Shown one piece after another: positions 47,672-57,204 of a stretch of 64,000 nucleotides of DNA. Below the pieces are notes generated by a model. It was not told the origin of the DNA and searched no databases. It saw nothing but the letters and a program-made list of their open reading frames with translations. Made by a program: the position numbers and the translations under genes. This DNA comes from Gammaproteobacteria bacterium. Its GTDB lineage: Bacteria; Pseudomonadota; Gammaproteobacteria; SZUA-140. The stretch's first letter is position 1. Each line of letters starts with the position of its first letter. The DNA lies in the NCBI GenBank assembly GCA_046754065.1, contig JBHHVB010000001.1, positions 2,369 through 66,368 on the forward strand, given 5' to 3'.

Positions 47672-48658
47672 ATGATTGATCAAAGGCTGGAAAAGATTAA
47701 ACAGTGGTTGACGGTTGAAGTCGATCTAAAGGAATTTAGCGTTGAGCCGGCTTCAGAAGACGCAAGTTTCAGGCGTTATTTCCGCGTATATCAACGAGAT
47801 AAAACACTTATTGTGATGGATGCACCACCCGACAAGGAGGATTGTAGACCTTTTATAGAGATTGCAACCGGGTTGAGTGCATTAGGACTCAATGTTCCCC
47901 GGATTATTCAGTCTAGTCCGGAGCAAGGTTTCTTGCTGTTGTCAGATCTTGGTACCAGACTGTATCTGAATGAATTAACCGATATAACCGTCGATGCGTT
48001 GTATCGGGACGCGATGGCCTCGTTGTTGAAATTACAGACTGCCGCTCAATACCATGATATCGGTTTGCCAATATATGATGAAACACTGTTGCTGAATGAA
48101 ATGGTTCTTTTTCGGGACTGGTATCTGATACGACACCTCAAAGTGACGATTGATGATTCCTGGAAAAAGATACTGGATGATGTATTTGAATTATTGGTAG
48201 AAAATGCGCTAGAGCAACCGCAGGTCTGGGTGCACAGGGATTTCCACTCTCGTAATCTGATAGTCACCAGCGACAATAATCCCGGCATACTCGATTTTCA
48301 GGATGCGGTTATTGGTCCGGTTACCTACGACCTGGTTTCGCTGTTAAGGGATTGTTATAAAGCGTGGCCGCAAGACCGGCTGGAACACTGGATTCGTGAA
48401 TATATTTCGATGAGTGAATCCAGTGGCCTGTTCAGTAACGTGAGTGAAAGGCAGTATTGTCGTTGGTTTGACCTGATGGGACTCCAGCGACATCTTAAGG
48501 CTATCGGTATTTTTTCCCGTTTGAAATATCGGGACAACAAGCCGGGCTATATGCTGGATATCCCGCGTACGATACAATATGTTATTAAAGTGACTGCCAT
48601 CTATCCCGAATTATCGGCGTTCAATCATCAGTTGAGTCGGGTTGCTGCCAATGCGTGA
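47672..48658 (+). CDS. Aminoglycoside-phosphotransferase-fold kinase, AmgK-like (anomeric MurNAc/GlcNAc kinase candidate)
   Basis: APH fold with the catalytic HRDFHSRNLIV motif. Its divergent position upstream of lptD mirrors Pseudomonas PA0596 (amgK), but no murU-like gene follows. Confidence 0.55.
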   Translation: MIDQRLEKIKQWLTVEVDLKEFSVEPASEDASFRRYFRVYQRDKTLIVMDAPPDKEDCRPFIEIATGLSALGLNVPRIIQSSPEQGFLLLSDLGTRLYLNELTDITVDALYRDAMASLLKLQTAAQYHDIGLPIYDETLLLNEMVLFRDWYLIRHLKVTIDDSWKKILDDVFELLVENALEQPQVWVHRDFHSRNLIVTSDNNPGILDFQDAVIGPVTYDLVSLLRDCYKAWPQDRLEHWIREYISMSESSGLFSNVSERQYCRWFDLMGLQRHLKAIGIFSRLKYRDNKPGYMLDIPRTIQYVIKVTAIYPELSAFNHQLSRVAANA

Positions 48659-48667
48659 TAACATGAG

Positions 48668-49009
48668 TCATCGATAACGCATCCTCGTGCCATGTAAAAA
48701 GGACAGGTCTATTTCTTTGGGGGCAATTTTTTTCGGGAAAAAGGTACCAGATATTTTGGCGCCGTGGATGCTTGCACCTTCCAGGTTTGTGCTCGTGAAA
48801 TCGATGCCTCGCAAATCTGCCTGTCTGAAATAGCAGCCACTAAGATTTAACCCGGCTGCGTCCAGCCCGGTCAAATTAATGCTACGAAAATCACAATTGG
48901 TCAGGTCGGTCGACTGACCCTTGGCCTTGGCTTCGTTGAATTCCTGAATATGTCCTTCACGTAGAAGACGATAAAGCGGGTCATCATTCTTGATTTGTGG
49001 TTCGCTCAT
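48668..49009 (-). CDS. Pentapeptide-repeat protein (~113 aa from MSEPQ...)
   Basis: Tandem A(D/N)LxG pentapeptide repeats (NLTGLDAAGLNLSGCYFRQADLRGIDFTSTNLEGA). Coordinates approximate to +/-1. Confidence 0.65.
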   Translation of the reverse strand: MSEPQIKNDDPLYRLLREGHIQEFNEAKAKGQSTDLTNCDFRSINLTGLDAAGLNLSGCYFRQADLRGIDFTSTNLEGASIHGAKISGTFFPKKIAPKEIDLSFLHGTRMRYR

Positions 49010-49299
49010 AACGTGCCTCCAATAAAATAACCATAAGCCCGGCATATGATACCTTCGTCCAATATGCCTACAATTTAAGCTCATAGCAATAACAAAATTC
49101 CATTCTGTAGCCAAACTATCCCAATCAATGTAAGGTTTTTGATAAGCCTCGTGAATTAAGTAGTTGACCAGTTTGGTAATTAATTAGATATTTAACCCGA
49201 ATCGGTGACATTTAGGTTTGTAACTCCCGGATACCGGAAGCTAATGAGGAGTTCTAAGCGTCTGTTTAACACTGCAGGCGCACCAAAATTCAGGAAATT

Positions 49300-50412
49300 T
49301 TGATGCGAATGATGATACGAGAAAAATTCAATGGATTACAAAAAATGACGATCGCGCATGGCATTGTGGCTACGGTTCTGGTCCTGATCGTTCAATGTGC
49401 TATTTCGCGCGAAATGCCACCGTCGCCGGTGAGGGTAGAGACTGTGTTGCAAAAACCCATGGCGCCAACAATCTGGGTGGCGGGGACAGTCCTCAGCAGA
49501 CATGACGCCAGAATTTCTGCAGAGATTACCGGTCGTCTGGACTGGATTGTAGAAGTGGGTGCCACCGTTGATAAAGGCGAAGATATCGCGCATCTTGATG
49601 ATACACAGTTGCTTTTGCAGCGCGAGGAATTTGAGGCCGATGTGGTTAGATCCGAAGCACGTGTCAATTTTCTTGTTCAGGAAGTCAAACGTCTGCTGCG
49701 CCTCGCGAAGAAAAACAACGCTGCACAGACATTGCTGGATCAGACTGCAGCAGACAGGGATATAGCCAGAGGTGACCTGGCCTCGGCGAAGGCCAGGTTG
49801 AAACAGGTGCAGGATAGGCTGGCGCGAAGCAAGGTAAAAGCACCGTTTAGCGGGTCTGTTGTTCAGCGATTGATGCAAGCGGGCGAATGGGCAGATAGTG
49901 GTGATGAATTAGTACATCTGGTAGATGCCAAAACAATCGAGATTCAATCGATGGTGCCGCTCGCATCAATGCCCTACCTGATCAGGGGAGAAAAAATAGC
50001 CATTAGGTCTGGTGGGTTGCCGGGTATTGCAACAATTAGATCACTCGTTGATGTTGGGGATGCGCGATCTCGTTTGCTGGACCTGAGGCTGGATTTCACA
50101 GAGCAGGTTTTACCGGTGGGTCAAACAGTACGTGTTGCAGTACCTACCGCAGCCTTGCGCACAGTGACTGTCGTACACCGCGATGCGCTTGTTCTACGCC
50201 GGGATGGCGTGGCGGTATTTGTCGTCAATGATGAAGGGATTGCAGAACGTGTTGAGGTGACAACCGGTATTGCGCAAGGCCGCTACATTGAGGTGCTGGG
50301 TGACATTAAACCCGGTGATCGTGTTGTAACGCGTGGTGGAGAGAGACTGCGGCCCGGGCAAAAGGTGCAGCTGATGTCTTTTTCTCAAAACGCCGAGAGC
50401 AAGAAGCTGTGA
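49300..50412 (+). CDS. RND efflux membrane fusion protein (periplasmic adaptor, HlyD/AcrA family)
   Basis: N-terminal TM anchor, coiled-coil hairpin and beta-barrel/lipoyl regions; its stop overlaps the start of the RND pump gene. Confidence 0.7.
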   Translation: MMRMMIREKFNGLQKMTIAHGIVATVLVLIVQCAISREMPPSPVRVETVLQKPMAPTIWVAGTVLSRHDARISAEITGRLDWIVEVGATVDKGEDIAHLDDTQLLLQREEFEADVVRSEARVNFLVQEVKRLLRLAKKNNAAQTLLDQTAADRDIARGDLASAKARLKQVQDRLARSKVKAPFSGSVVQRLMQAGEWADSGDELVHLVDAKTIEIQSMVPLASMPYLIRGEKIAIRSGGLPGIATIRSLVDVGDARSRLLDLRLDFTEQVLPVGQTVRVAVPTAALRTVTVVHRDALVLRRDGVAVFVVNDEGIAERVEVTTGIAQGRYIEVLGDIKPGDRVVTRGGERLRPGQKVQLMSFSQNAESKKL

Positions 50413-53400
50413 ACCTGACCCGTCTATCTCTCAGTAATCCTGTTGCGGTTGCTGTCGCAGTGATACTGGTGATGCTATTTGGTTTAATCAGTTTATCGCG
50501 ATTGCCTGTACAGTTAACGCCTGAAGTCGAGGAGCCCGAAATCAGCATCAGTACCAGCTGGCGGGCCGCTGCGCCCGAAGAGGTCGAGGCTGAAATTATC
50601 GAACCGCAGGAGGATGCGCTGCGCGGACTGCCTGGCGCGATCAAATTGCTTTCACAGGCTCAGCGAGGTACCGGAAAGGTTACGATCACATTTGCGGTGG
50701 GAACCGATCTGCGCAGGGCATTGCTTGAAGTGTTAAACCGCCTGAACCGTGTGCCTCGCTATCCAACAGATGCCAATGAACCGGTTATTAGCGCTGTCGG
50801 CGAAAACAGCCGTGCTATTGCATGGTTTATCATCAAACCCCTGCCGGGAAATGACCGGGATATTGCAACCTACCAGGATTTTATTGAGGAAGTGGTTCAA
50901 ACCAGGTTTGAGCGAGTGCCGGGTGTCGCAAAATCAGAGGTTCGCGGTGGTCGGGAGAATGAACTTCGTATTACCTTCGATCCATACAAGGCAGCAAGTC
51001 TGGGTGTTGAACTGCCAAAAGTGACGCAGCTGACAGGAAGTGAAGATGTATCGGGTGGTTTTGCCGATGTAGGAAAGCGTCGCTATACGATCCGTTATAC
51101 CGGTGCATATGACGTTGGTGATTTGTCCGAAATGGTTATCGACTGGCGTGATGGTGCGCCTGTATTGTTGCGTGATGTTGCCAATGTGGAGGTAAGGCCA
51201 GTAGATAGAAGCAGTTTCGTTATCCAGAATGGCCAGCTGGCGATGGCCGTCAATGCACATCGCGAAACCGGTGTGAATGTACTGGATGTAATGACCGGAT
51301 TAAGAAAGGCAAGGGAAGAATTACGCGATGGACCTTTAAAGCGAGCCAACCTGTCGTTTGAGCAGGTTTATGATGAAACGGTTTATATTGATCGATCAGT
51401 AGCAATGGTGCGGAACAACCTAGCGCTAGGAATCCTCTTTTCAGTCGGTGTGTTGTGGTGGTTCTTTCGTCGCTTTCGTGCGACCCTGATGGTGGGATTA
51501 TCAATTCCGATCTGCGTGCTGGGCAGTTTTATTTTGCTGGATGCATTCGGGCGAACTGTGAATGTGATTTCTTTGGCGGGCCTGGCCTTTGCGGTGGGAA
51601 TGGTGCTTGATGCCGCGATTGTTGTTTTGGAAAACATCGTGCGTCTGCGGGAACGCGGGGAGGAAAGCGATCAGGCCTCATTGCGCGGTACGGGCCAGGT
51701 TTGGGGCGCATTGCTGGCATCGACCGCAACGACGGTTGCGATATTTTTACCTGTGGTGTTCCTCAAGGATGAATCCGGCCAGTTATTTGCTGACCTGGCC
51801 GTCACGATTGCGGTTGCTATCTGTTTTTCACTGATTTTTGCCATTACCGTATTGCCTACTACTGCAATGAAGTGGTTAAAAAACGTTAATATGAAGGATC
51901 CGCATCACCATTGGTGGGAGCGAATCACTTCCGGAATCATTAGATTAACCGCTTCTTCAACAAGACGAGTGACCTTGATTCTAATCTTATTGGGAATACC
52001 TGCACTGTTGACCTACATACTGATGCCTGATAAGGATTATCTACCCGAAGGTAATAGGAATCTGGTATTTACATTCATTAATCCACCGCCTGGCAGCAAT
52101 ATCGATATGATAGAAAAAGAGATGGGACAAGTGATAGCCGAAAAAATTCAGCCACACCTGGATGGAACAAAAGAACCCAAGGTGATGAACTATTTCTTTG
52201 TCGCATTTCCACGTGGCGTATTTATGGGAATGCGTACTGTTGATCCCGAGAGAACCGGAGAGTTATTGCCGATTATCAATAACACGGTAAGAAGTTTTCC
52301 CGATACGATCGGGTTTGCATTCAGGGCTTCATTGTTTGGCGGATTTGGAGAAGGAAAAACGATTGATGTCGATATTCAGGGGAGAGACATAGAATCACTG
52401 TTGAAAGCGGCGAAAACCGGTTATGGCGCCATTAAGCAGGCAATTCCAGGTGCCTCGGTACGGCCTTTCCCTGGTCTTGATCTGGCAGCACCGGAATTAC
52501 GTCTGGAACCTGATGAAAGGCGTATTGCAGAGGCAGGGTGGAATCGCTCAACTGTGGCAGGTATTGTCCGAGCTCTGGGTGACGGTCTTTATGTCGGCGA
52601 TCACTTTGACGGAGAGAAAACGCTGGATGTCATTTTGCGGGCCGAGGAATGGAAAACGCCAGAAGATCTTGCCGCCATTCCACTTGCAACGCCTCAAGCA
52701 GGGATTCAGCCGGTTGGCGAGCTTATGCATCTGGTGCGAACCGCAGGCCCCGACGAGCTGCGTCGTATCGACAGACGCCGTACTGTAACGCTGCAAGTGA
52801 GACCACCCGATGATGTTTCCCTTGAAGAGGCATTAAAGATTCTTCAAGAAAAGGTCTCTCCTGTAATGACCAATATGTTGCCTGACGACGGCGAGATTCG
52901 TTTCGCCGGAACAGCAGACAAACTGAGATCAGCGTTAACGAGCATGTTGGGTACTTTTATATTAGCCATTGTTATCCTTTATCTGCTGATTAGTGCGCTT
53001 TTTCGTTCTTTTCTAGATAGTTTGTTTGTCCTTGTTATCATTCCGCTTGCCACAGTGGGTGGTGTTATTGCACTTCAACTTGTTAATCTGGTTACTGTCC
53101 AGCCTATGGATCTGTTGACAATGATAGGTTTTGTGATTCTGTTGGGGTTGGTTGTGAACAATGCGATTTTGCTGGTGCATCAAACCAGAACAGCTGAACG
53201 AGAGGGGCTGTCCCGTCGCGATGCAGTTGAACAGGCCGTACACCTGAGACTCCGACCTATTCTGATGAGCACGCTAACCAGTATTTTTGGCATGTTACCT
53301 TTATTGTTGAATCCTGGTGCCGGGACAGAACTCTACCGGGGTATGGCAGCGGTAATAGTAGGCGGAATGAGTATTAGTACCGTGTTTACACTTATCCTCT

Positions 53401-53468
53401 TGCCCAGTCTGTTGCGCATTGGTGAGGATAATCGTGATACCACGATCAGCGAGGCAGTTAAAGCTTAA
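50409..53468 (+). CDS. RND family efflux transporter (AcrB/AcrD/AcrF-like, 1019 aa)
   Basis: 12-TM RND topology with two large periplasmic loops; no outer-membrane factor gene is adjacent. Confidence 0.85.
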   Translation: MNLTRLSLSNPVAVAVAVILVMLFGLISLSRLPVQLTPEVEEPEISISTSWRAAAPEEVEAEIIEPQEDALRGLPGAIKLLSQAQRGTGKVTITFAVGTDLRRALLEVLNRLNRVPRYPTDANEPVISAVGENSRAIAWFIIKPLPGNDRDIATYQDFIEEVVQTRFERVPGVAKSEVRGGRENELRITFDPYKAASLGVELPKVTQLTGSEDVSGGFADVGKRRYTIRYTGAYDVGDLSEMVIDWRDGAPVLLRDVANVEVRPVDRSSFVIQNGQLAMAVNAHRETGVNVLDVMTGLRKAREELRDGPLKRANLSFEQVYDETVYIDRSVAMVRNNLALGILFSVGVLWWFFRRFRATLMVGLSIPICVLGSFILLDAFGRTVNVISLAGLAFAVGMVLDAAIVVLENIVRLRERGEESDQASLRGTGQVWGALLASTATTVAIFLPVVFLKDESGQLFADLAVTIAVAICFSLIFAITVLPTTAMKWLKNVNMKDPHHHWWERITSGIIRLTASSTRRVTLILILLGIPALLTYILMPDKDYLPEGNRNLVFTFINPPPGSNIDMIEKEMGQVIAEKIQPHLDGTKEPKVMNYFFVAFPRGVFMGMRTVDPERTGELLPIINNTVRSFPDTIGFAFRASLFGGFGEGKTIDVDIQGRDIESLLKAAKTGYGAIKQAIPGASVRPFPGLDLAAPELRLEPDERRIAEAGWNRSTVAGIVRALGDGLYVGDHFDGEKTLDVILRAEEWKTPEDLAAIPLATPQAGIQPVGELMHLVRTAGPDELRRIDRRRTVTLQVRPPDDVSLEEALKILQEKVSPVMTNMLPDDGEIRFAGTADKLRSALTSMLGTFILAIVILYLLISALFRSFLDSLFVLVIIPLATVGGVIALQLVNLVTVQPMDLLTMIGFVILLGLVVNNAILLVHQTRTAEREGLSRRDAVEQAVHLRLRPILMSTLTSIFGMLPLLLNPGAGTELYRGMAAVIVGGMSISTVFTLILLPSLLRIGEDNRDTTISEAVKA

Positions 53469-53481
53469 CTGAATCTTAATA

Positions 53482-53500
53482 CACTCTATCCGATAGGGTG
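53482..53500. promoter_or_regulatory. Near-perfect palindrome CACTCTATC-C-GATAGGGTG just after RND stop
   Basis: Seen directly; 9-bp arms with one mismatch. Confidence 0.2.
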
Positions 53501-53583
53501 AAGTTGACGACTGTATTTGCCTAATTTAAATCTGTTACCTGTTATCCCGTTGTTTTTATTATAAAAATCACTAGTCTTCGAAC

Positions 53584-53599
53584 TGTGATTGGCATCACA
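53584..53599. promoter_or_regulatory. CRP/Vfr-type site TGTGA-TTGGCA-TCACA upstream of HDOD gene
   Basis: Exact match to the TGTGA-N6-TCACA CRP consensus core, about 155 bp upstream of the HDOD start. Confidence 0.4.
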
Positions 53600-53753
53600 G
53601 CTTTCCCCGCTATTTTCATAGATACTACTTTCATAACAGTGATCAAATCACGAGTTGTGCCGATAAAAAAGTAAAGAGTGATGTGAGCAAGATACTCACA
53701 AGGATTCGAGCGATGGATAAGTTGAAACATGAAACATTAAAGATAGCGAAAGT

Positions 53754-54632
53754 GTGATGGAAATGTCGACGCCACTGCTTGATATCAAACCGCGAATCGC
53801 CGGTTTAAAAAAATTACCTCCGATGCCGGAAATGGCGCAGAAAATTATTATGCTTGGCGCAAATCCGGATTCGCAGGTAAAGGACCTCGTTGAGATTGTC
53901 GAGATGGATCCCAGTCTGGCGGCACAGGTGATGCGATATGCCAGTTCACCGTTTTTCAGTTACCAGGGTAAGGTCGATTCGGTACAGACCGCGATTACCC
54001 GTGTGCTCGGATTTAACATGGTGATGCAACTCGCATTAGGAGTGACGGCGGCGAAACCATTCAAAATTCCCCGTGGCATTACCCTGGGGCTGGACAACTA
54101 CTGGCGTCATGCTATCTATAGTGCGGCGCTGACTCAGGCCTTGAGTAGCGTATTGCCGAGTGAGATTCGTCCACCGGCAGGGCTCGCATATCTTGCGGGG
54201 CTGTTACATAACTTTGGGCATTTGATGTTAGGGCACTTGTTCACAAGGGAATTCCTGATTCTGAATAAACATATTGACAGTCATCCCGAGAAGTCGATTA
54301 TCGAATGTGAGATGGAAATCATCGGAACCGGACACGGGCAGATTGGTGAGTGGTTGATGCGAGCATGGCGTTTGCCGGAAGAGATTATCGTTGCGGTGAA
54401 AGAGCATCATAACCCGGATTACCAGGGGCAGCATGAAGTCTATCCAAAACTGGTGATGTTGGCAGATCATCTGCTAAAGGCGCATGGCATTGGAGACGCG
54501 CCAGACGGTGAGCCTCCTCAAGCTATTCTGGATTCACTGGAGCTGGGTGAGTATCAGGCCAACATTATTACTAATAAGGTGATGGAGGCTGGAAAAGGAT
54601 TAGATGGAATGGCCCGCACCCTGGCTGCCTGA
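53754..54632 (+). CDS. HDOD domain-containing signalling protein
   Basis: About 290 aa with His-rich HDOD-type motifs (HNFGHLMLGHLF, HH); the HDOD domain is a metal-dependent-hydrolase-like fold. Confidence 0.6.
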   Translation: MMEMSTPLLDIKPRIAGLKKLPPMPEMAQKIIMLGANPDSQVKDLVEIVEMDPSLAAQVMRYASSPFFSYQGKVDSVQTAITRVLGFNMVMQLALGVTAAKPFKIPRGITLGLDNYWRHAIYSAALTQALSSVLPSEIRPPAGLAYLAGLLHNFGHLMLGHLFTREFLILNKHIDSHPEKSIIECEMEIIGTGHGQIGEWLMRAWRLPEEIIVAVKEHHNPDYQGQHEVYPKLVMLADHLLKAHGIGDAPDGEPPQAILDSLELGEYQANIITNKVMEAGKGLDGMARTLAA

Positions 54633-54860
54633 ATTTCAACTCTGAGAGTGCCTGCTTTTGATGCCTACTGCGTTCGACAAGCGCTTCCGATGCTCATTTA
54701 TCCCAACATAAACTGCGCTTCGGTTCGCTTGTCCGCCTAGTATTCATTCAAAAGCAGGCACTCTCAGAGTCGAAATTATTCCTATCATTGAGGAGCATAA
54801 TTTGGATGTCTATACGGTTTGACAAGCGCTTCCGATGCTCATTTATCCCAACATAAACTC
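54633..54860. repeat. Composite repeat element: 29-bp inverted repeat (28/29) flanking an 86-bp core, plus a 39-bp perfect direct repeat (54676-54714 and 54821-54859)
   Basis: Seen directly: atttcaactctgagagtgcctgcttttga (54633-54661) vs its reverse complement at 54748-54776; the 39-mer gacaagcgcttccgatgctcatttatcccaacataaact occurs twice; a nested 8-bp stem (gacaagcg/cgcttgtc) lies inside. Confidence 0.75.
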
Positions 54861-55045
54861 GACAATAGGTTTCCGACATTTTCTACTTCGCACTTCAATG
54901 TGCTCGTCCCTCGGCCATCCATGGCCTCGTGCGTTATCTCTCCCGCTTTTACCTTGCCAAAGCAAAAAATCGATAGCCTATAGCATGTCAGGTATACGCT
55001 GGTTACGGCCTGGATCACTCTCTCGTCGTTAATTCTTCATCGGGT

Positions 55046-56218
55046 TTAGGCAATATCAGATGCGCACACCTGTGCGTATTCTTCGTAGCCAGGGAAGTCC
55101 GCGTCTTCCCCACAGTAACGGCATTTTGGATTGGGTCGGGTTTTGAGTGTTGTGAACTGGCCACTGAGCGCATCGTAAATCAACTGACGCCCCACCAGTG
55201 GTTCACCGATATCGAGCAGGATTTTGATTGCCTCAACGGCCTGAAGTAGCCCAAGTACACCGGGCATAACGCCGAGCACGCCTGCTTCTGCGCAGGAAGG
55301 CGCCAGCTCCAGTGGTGGTGGTTCCGGGAACATGCAACGGTAACAGCCACCCTGCTGTTTATCATAGGCAGGCCAGAATACGGTGATCTGTCCCTCGAAT
55401 CGATAGACGGCTGCATGAACGTTGGGCAGTCCCAGCTTTACGCATGCGTCGTTAATCAGGTAACGCGTGGGTAGATTATCTGTACCATCAACAATGACAT
55501 CGTAGTCACTAAATATTTCTTCAATATTGTCTCTATCGAGGCGTGATTGATAGGTTACCACCTTAACATCAGGGTTTAGTGCCTCCAGCCTTTCCTTTGC
55601 TGATTCAACCTTGGGTATGCCAACACTTGATTCGGTATGCAGAATCTGTCGTTGTAGATTGCTGCGGTCGACGACATCATGATCCATCAATCCAATCGTG
55701 CCGACACCCGCAGCTGCCAGATAAAAGGCCGAAGGTGATCCCAAACCTCCAGCACCAATCAGCAACACCTTGCTATCGAGCAACTTGAGTTGTCCGGCCT
55801 CGCCAACTTCAGGTATTTTCAAATGGCGCGCATAGCGTTCACGTGCTTGAGTATCCAGCATGCGAGGGGTTTCAAACGGGAGGCCTTCGCTTTTCCAGCG
55901 GCTGAAGCCACCCGTTATCGAGTTCACATGCGTATAGCCTAATCGCTGCAAACCTTCCGCTGCGAACAGCGAGCGCACACCTCCAGCGCACATTACGACC
56001 AAAGGTCGGTCGAGATCAGGGATTTTGTCTTCAATACTGAGTTCCAGAAAGCTTCTACCGAGTCTGTAGGCATCGGTAGGGCTGCCTTGTACAATTTCTT
56101 CCATGTCTCGAACATCAATTAATGCTGCCCCTTGTTGTTGTAACTCGTAAGCCTCATTTGGGGTCAGTTCATTGATAGCGTCGCGTAGTTCTGCGAGGCG
56201 TCGGTCTTTGGCCTTCAT
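55046..56218 (-). CDS. Rhodanese-domain / MoeB-ThiF (E1-like adenylyltransferase) fusion protein with C-terminal CxxC pairs
   Basis: N-terminal rhodanese with active-site CAGGVRS; a ThiF/MoeB nucleotide-binding motif LLIGAGGLGS; CYRC and CRYC Zn motifs. The N-terminal placement of rhodanese is atypical (MoeZ carries it C-terminally). Confidence 0.75.
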   Translation of the reverse strand: MKAKDRRLAELRDAINELTPNEAYELQQQGAALIDVRDMEEIVQGSPTDAYRLGRSFLELSIEDKIPDLDRPLVVMCAGGVRSLFAAEGLQRLGYTHVNSITGGFSRWKSEGLPFETPRMLDTQARERYARHLKIPEVGEAGQLKLLDSKVLLIGAGGLGSPSAFYLAAAGVGTIGLMDHDVVDRSNLQRQILHTESSVGIPKVESAKERLEALNPDVKVVTYQSRLDRDNIEEIFSDYDVIVDGTDNLPTRYLINDACVKLGLPNVHAAVYRFEGQITVFWPAYDKQQGGCYRCMFPEPPPLELAPSCAEAGVLGVMPGVLGLLQAVEAIKILLDIGEPLVGRQLIYDALSGQFTTLKTRPNPKCRYCGEDADFPGYEEYAQVCASDIA

Positions 56219-56571
56219 TTGATATTCCTCCAGTACATGGATTTTTTATTCTGGACAGGGATACTGCCTGTGTGAAATTTTAATCGTGAATAATAAACAT
56301 TCAACCTTAAGTAACCATTATTAAAACCGGTTTTCTATTAAGCCTGTTTCATGATAACGATTTTTGTATACGTTTGATTATAATGGAATTTCCAAAAATA
56401 TTGTACCAGTTTGATTAGTTTGACCCGTTCTCCAGCGTATTGGCATGGTTGCGAATTGGTTGAGCGCATTGACAGTCAATATCCTTCCGTAGTGGTTCAT
56501 CTCGAACACCGTGGATATGCAAGCCTGTCAAATCAGTCGGTATTGGGAGAGAAATACATTGGAAAATATTG

Positions 56572-56610
56572 CCTGACCACCTGGTAAGTTCCGTTTTCCA
56601 GGTGGTCAGG
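56572..56610 (-). terminator. Strong 13-bp perfect stem-loop (cctgaccacctgg ... ccaggtggtcagg) downstream of DUF2892 gene
   Basis: Seen directly; on the minus strand it is followed by AATATTTTCC. It is the likely terminator of the DUF2892 gene, or an RNA structure. Confidence 0.5.
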
Positions 56611-56637
56611 CGCTCGCTCAGCTTTAAAGTATATGTC

Positions 56638-57018
56638 TTACGCCGCTTTTTTGTTTGTTTCGTGATGCGAGCCGGTCAGCGTACTATCCACATCCGTATC
56701 GGGAACCGGATTATGTCCCGCTGCGGCATCGACCTCATAAGGGAAAGAGCCGCAAGCGTTTCGGCCGCCGTCAATGTTACAAGAACGAGCGCCAAACATT
56801 GAATAGAAGGGGTCCCAGCCCAGAATACCCGTTAGAAAGGGATAAACAGATACCAGGCCCGCTAGCGCATGCCACGCGGTAATAGCGCCGATAGTTTGCA
56901 TGTTGATGATGGCGCCACCCAGTAAAACGGTACCCAGTACAACCCGAATAACTCGATCTACCGCTCCCAGATTTTGGAAAACTGCAATTTTTCTGGTTTC
57001 AAGGTCCATGATAAGCAC
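56638..57018 (-). CDS. DUF2892 (YgaP-like) small membrane protein
   Basis: The motif FQNLGAVDRVIRVVLGTVLLGGA followed by two TM helices is typical of DUF2892; these are frequently associated with rhodanese/sulfur-transfer genes. Confidence 0.6.
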   Translation of the reverse strand: MLIMDLETRKIAVFQNLGAVDRVIRVVLGTVLLGGAIINMQTIGAITAWHALAGLVSVYPFLTGILGWDPFYSMFGARSCNIDGGRNACGSFPYEVDAAAGHNPVPDTDVDSTLTGSHHETNKKAA

Positions 57019-57204
57019 CTCCTGTAAATATAATCTGAAACGTTGAATACATTAAAACAGTAGTAGCTTCTCTCGTCAGTGATAAAGTCACATAGCTGTG
57101 TCTAGTAACGCACCTGATGATCATCCTTATTAATTGTAGTGTTTTGTTTTATGCTTATTCGTTTAATAATCGTACTTCAGTACTTGAAAGCCGACGACGA
57201 AATT

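Noticed and set aside
54633-54860. Possible CRISPR array
   Set aside because: Only two copies of the 39-bp repeat, unequal context, embedded in a long inverted repeat with no cas genes anywhere in the window; this is inconsistent with CRISPR.
56569-56802. 77-aa plus-strand ORF overlapping the 13-bp stem-loop and DUF2892 gene
   Set aside because: It overlaps a convincingly conserved minus-strand DUF2892 gene and a terminator hairpin, with no RBS; it is treated as spurious.
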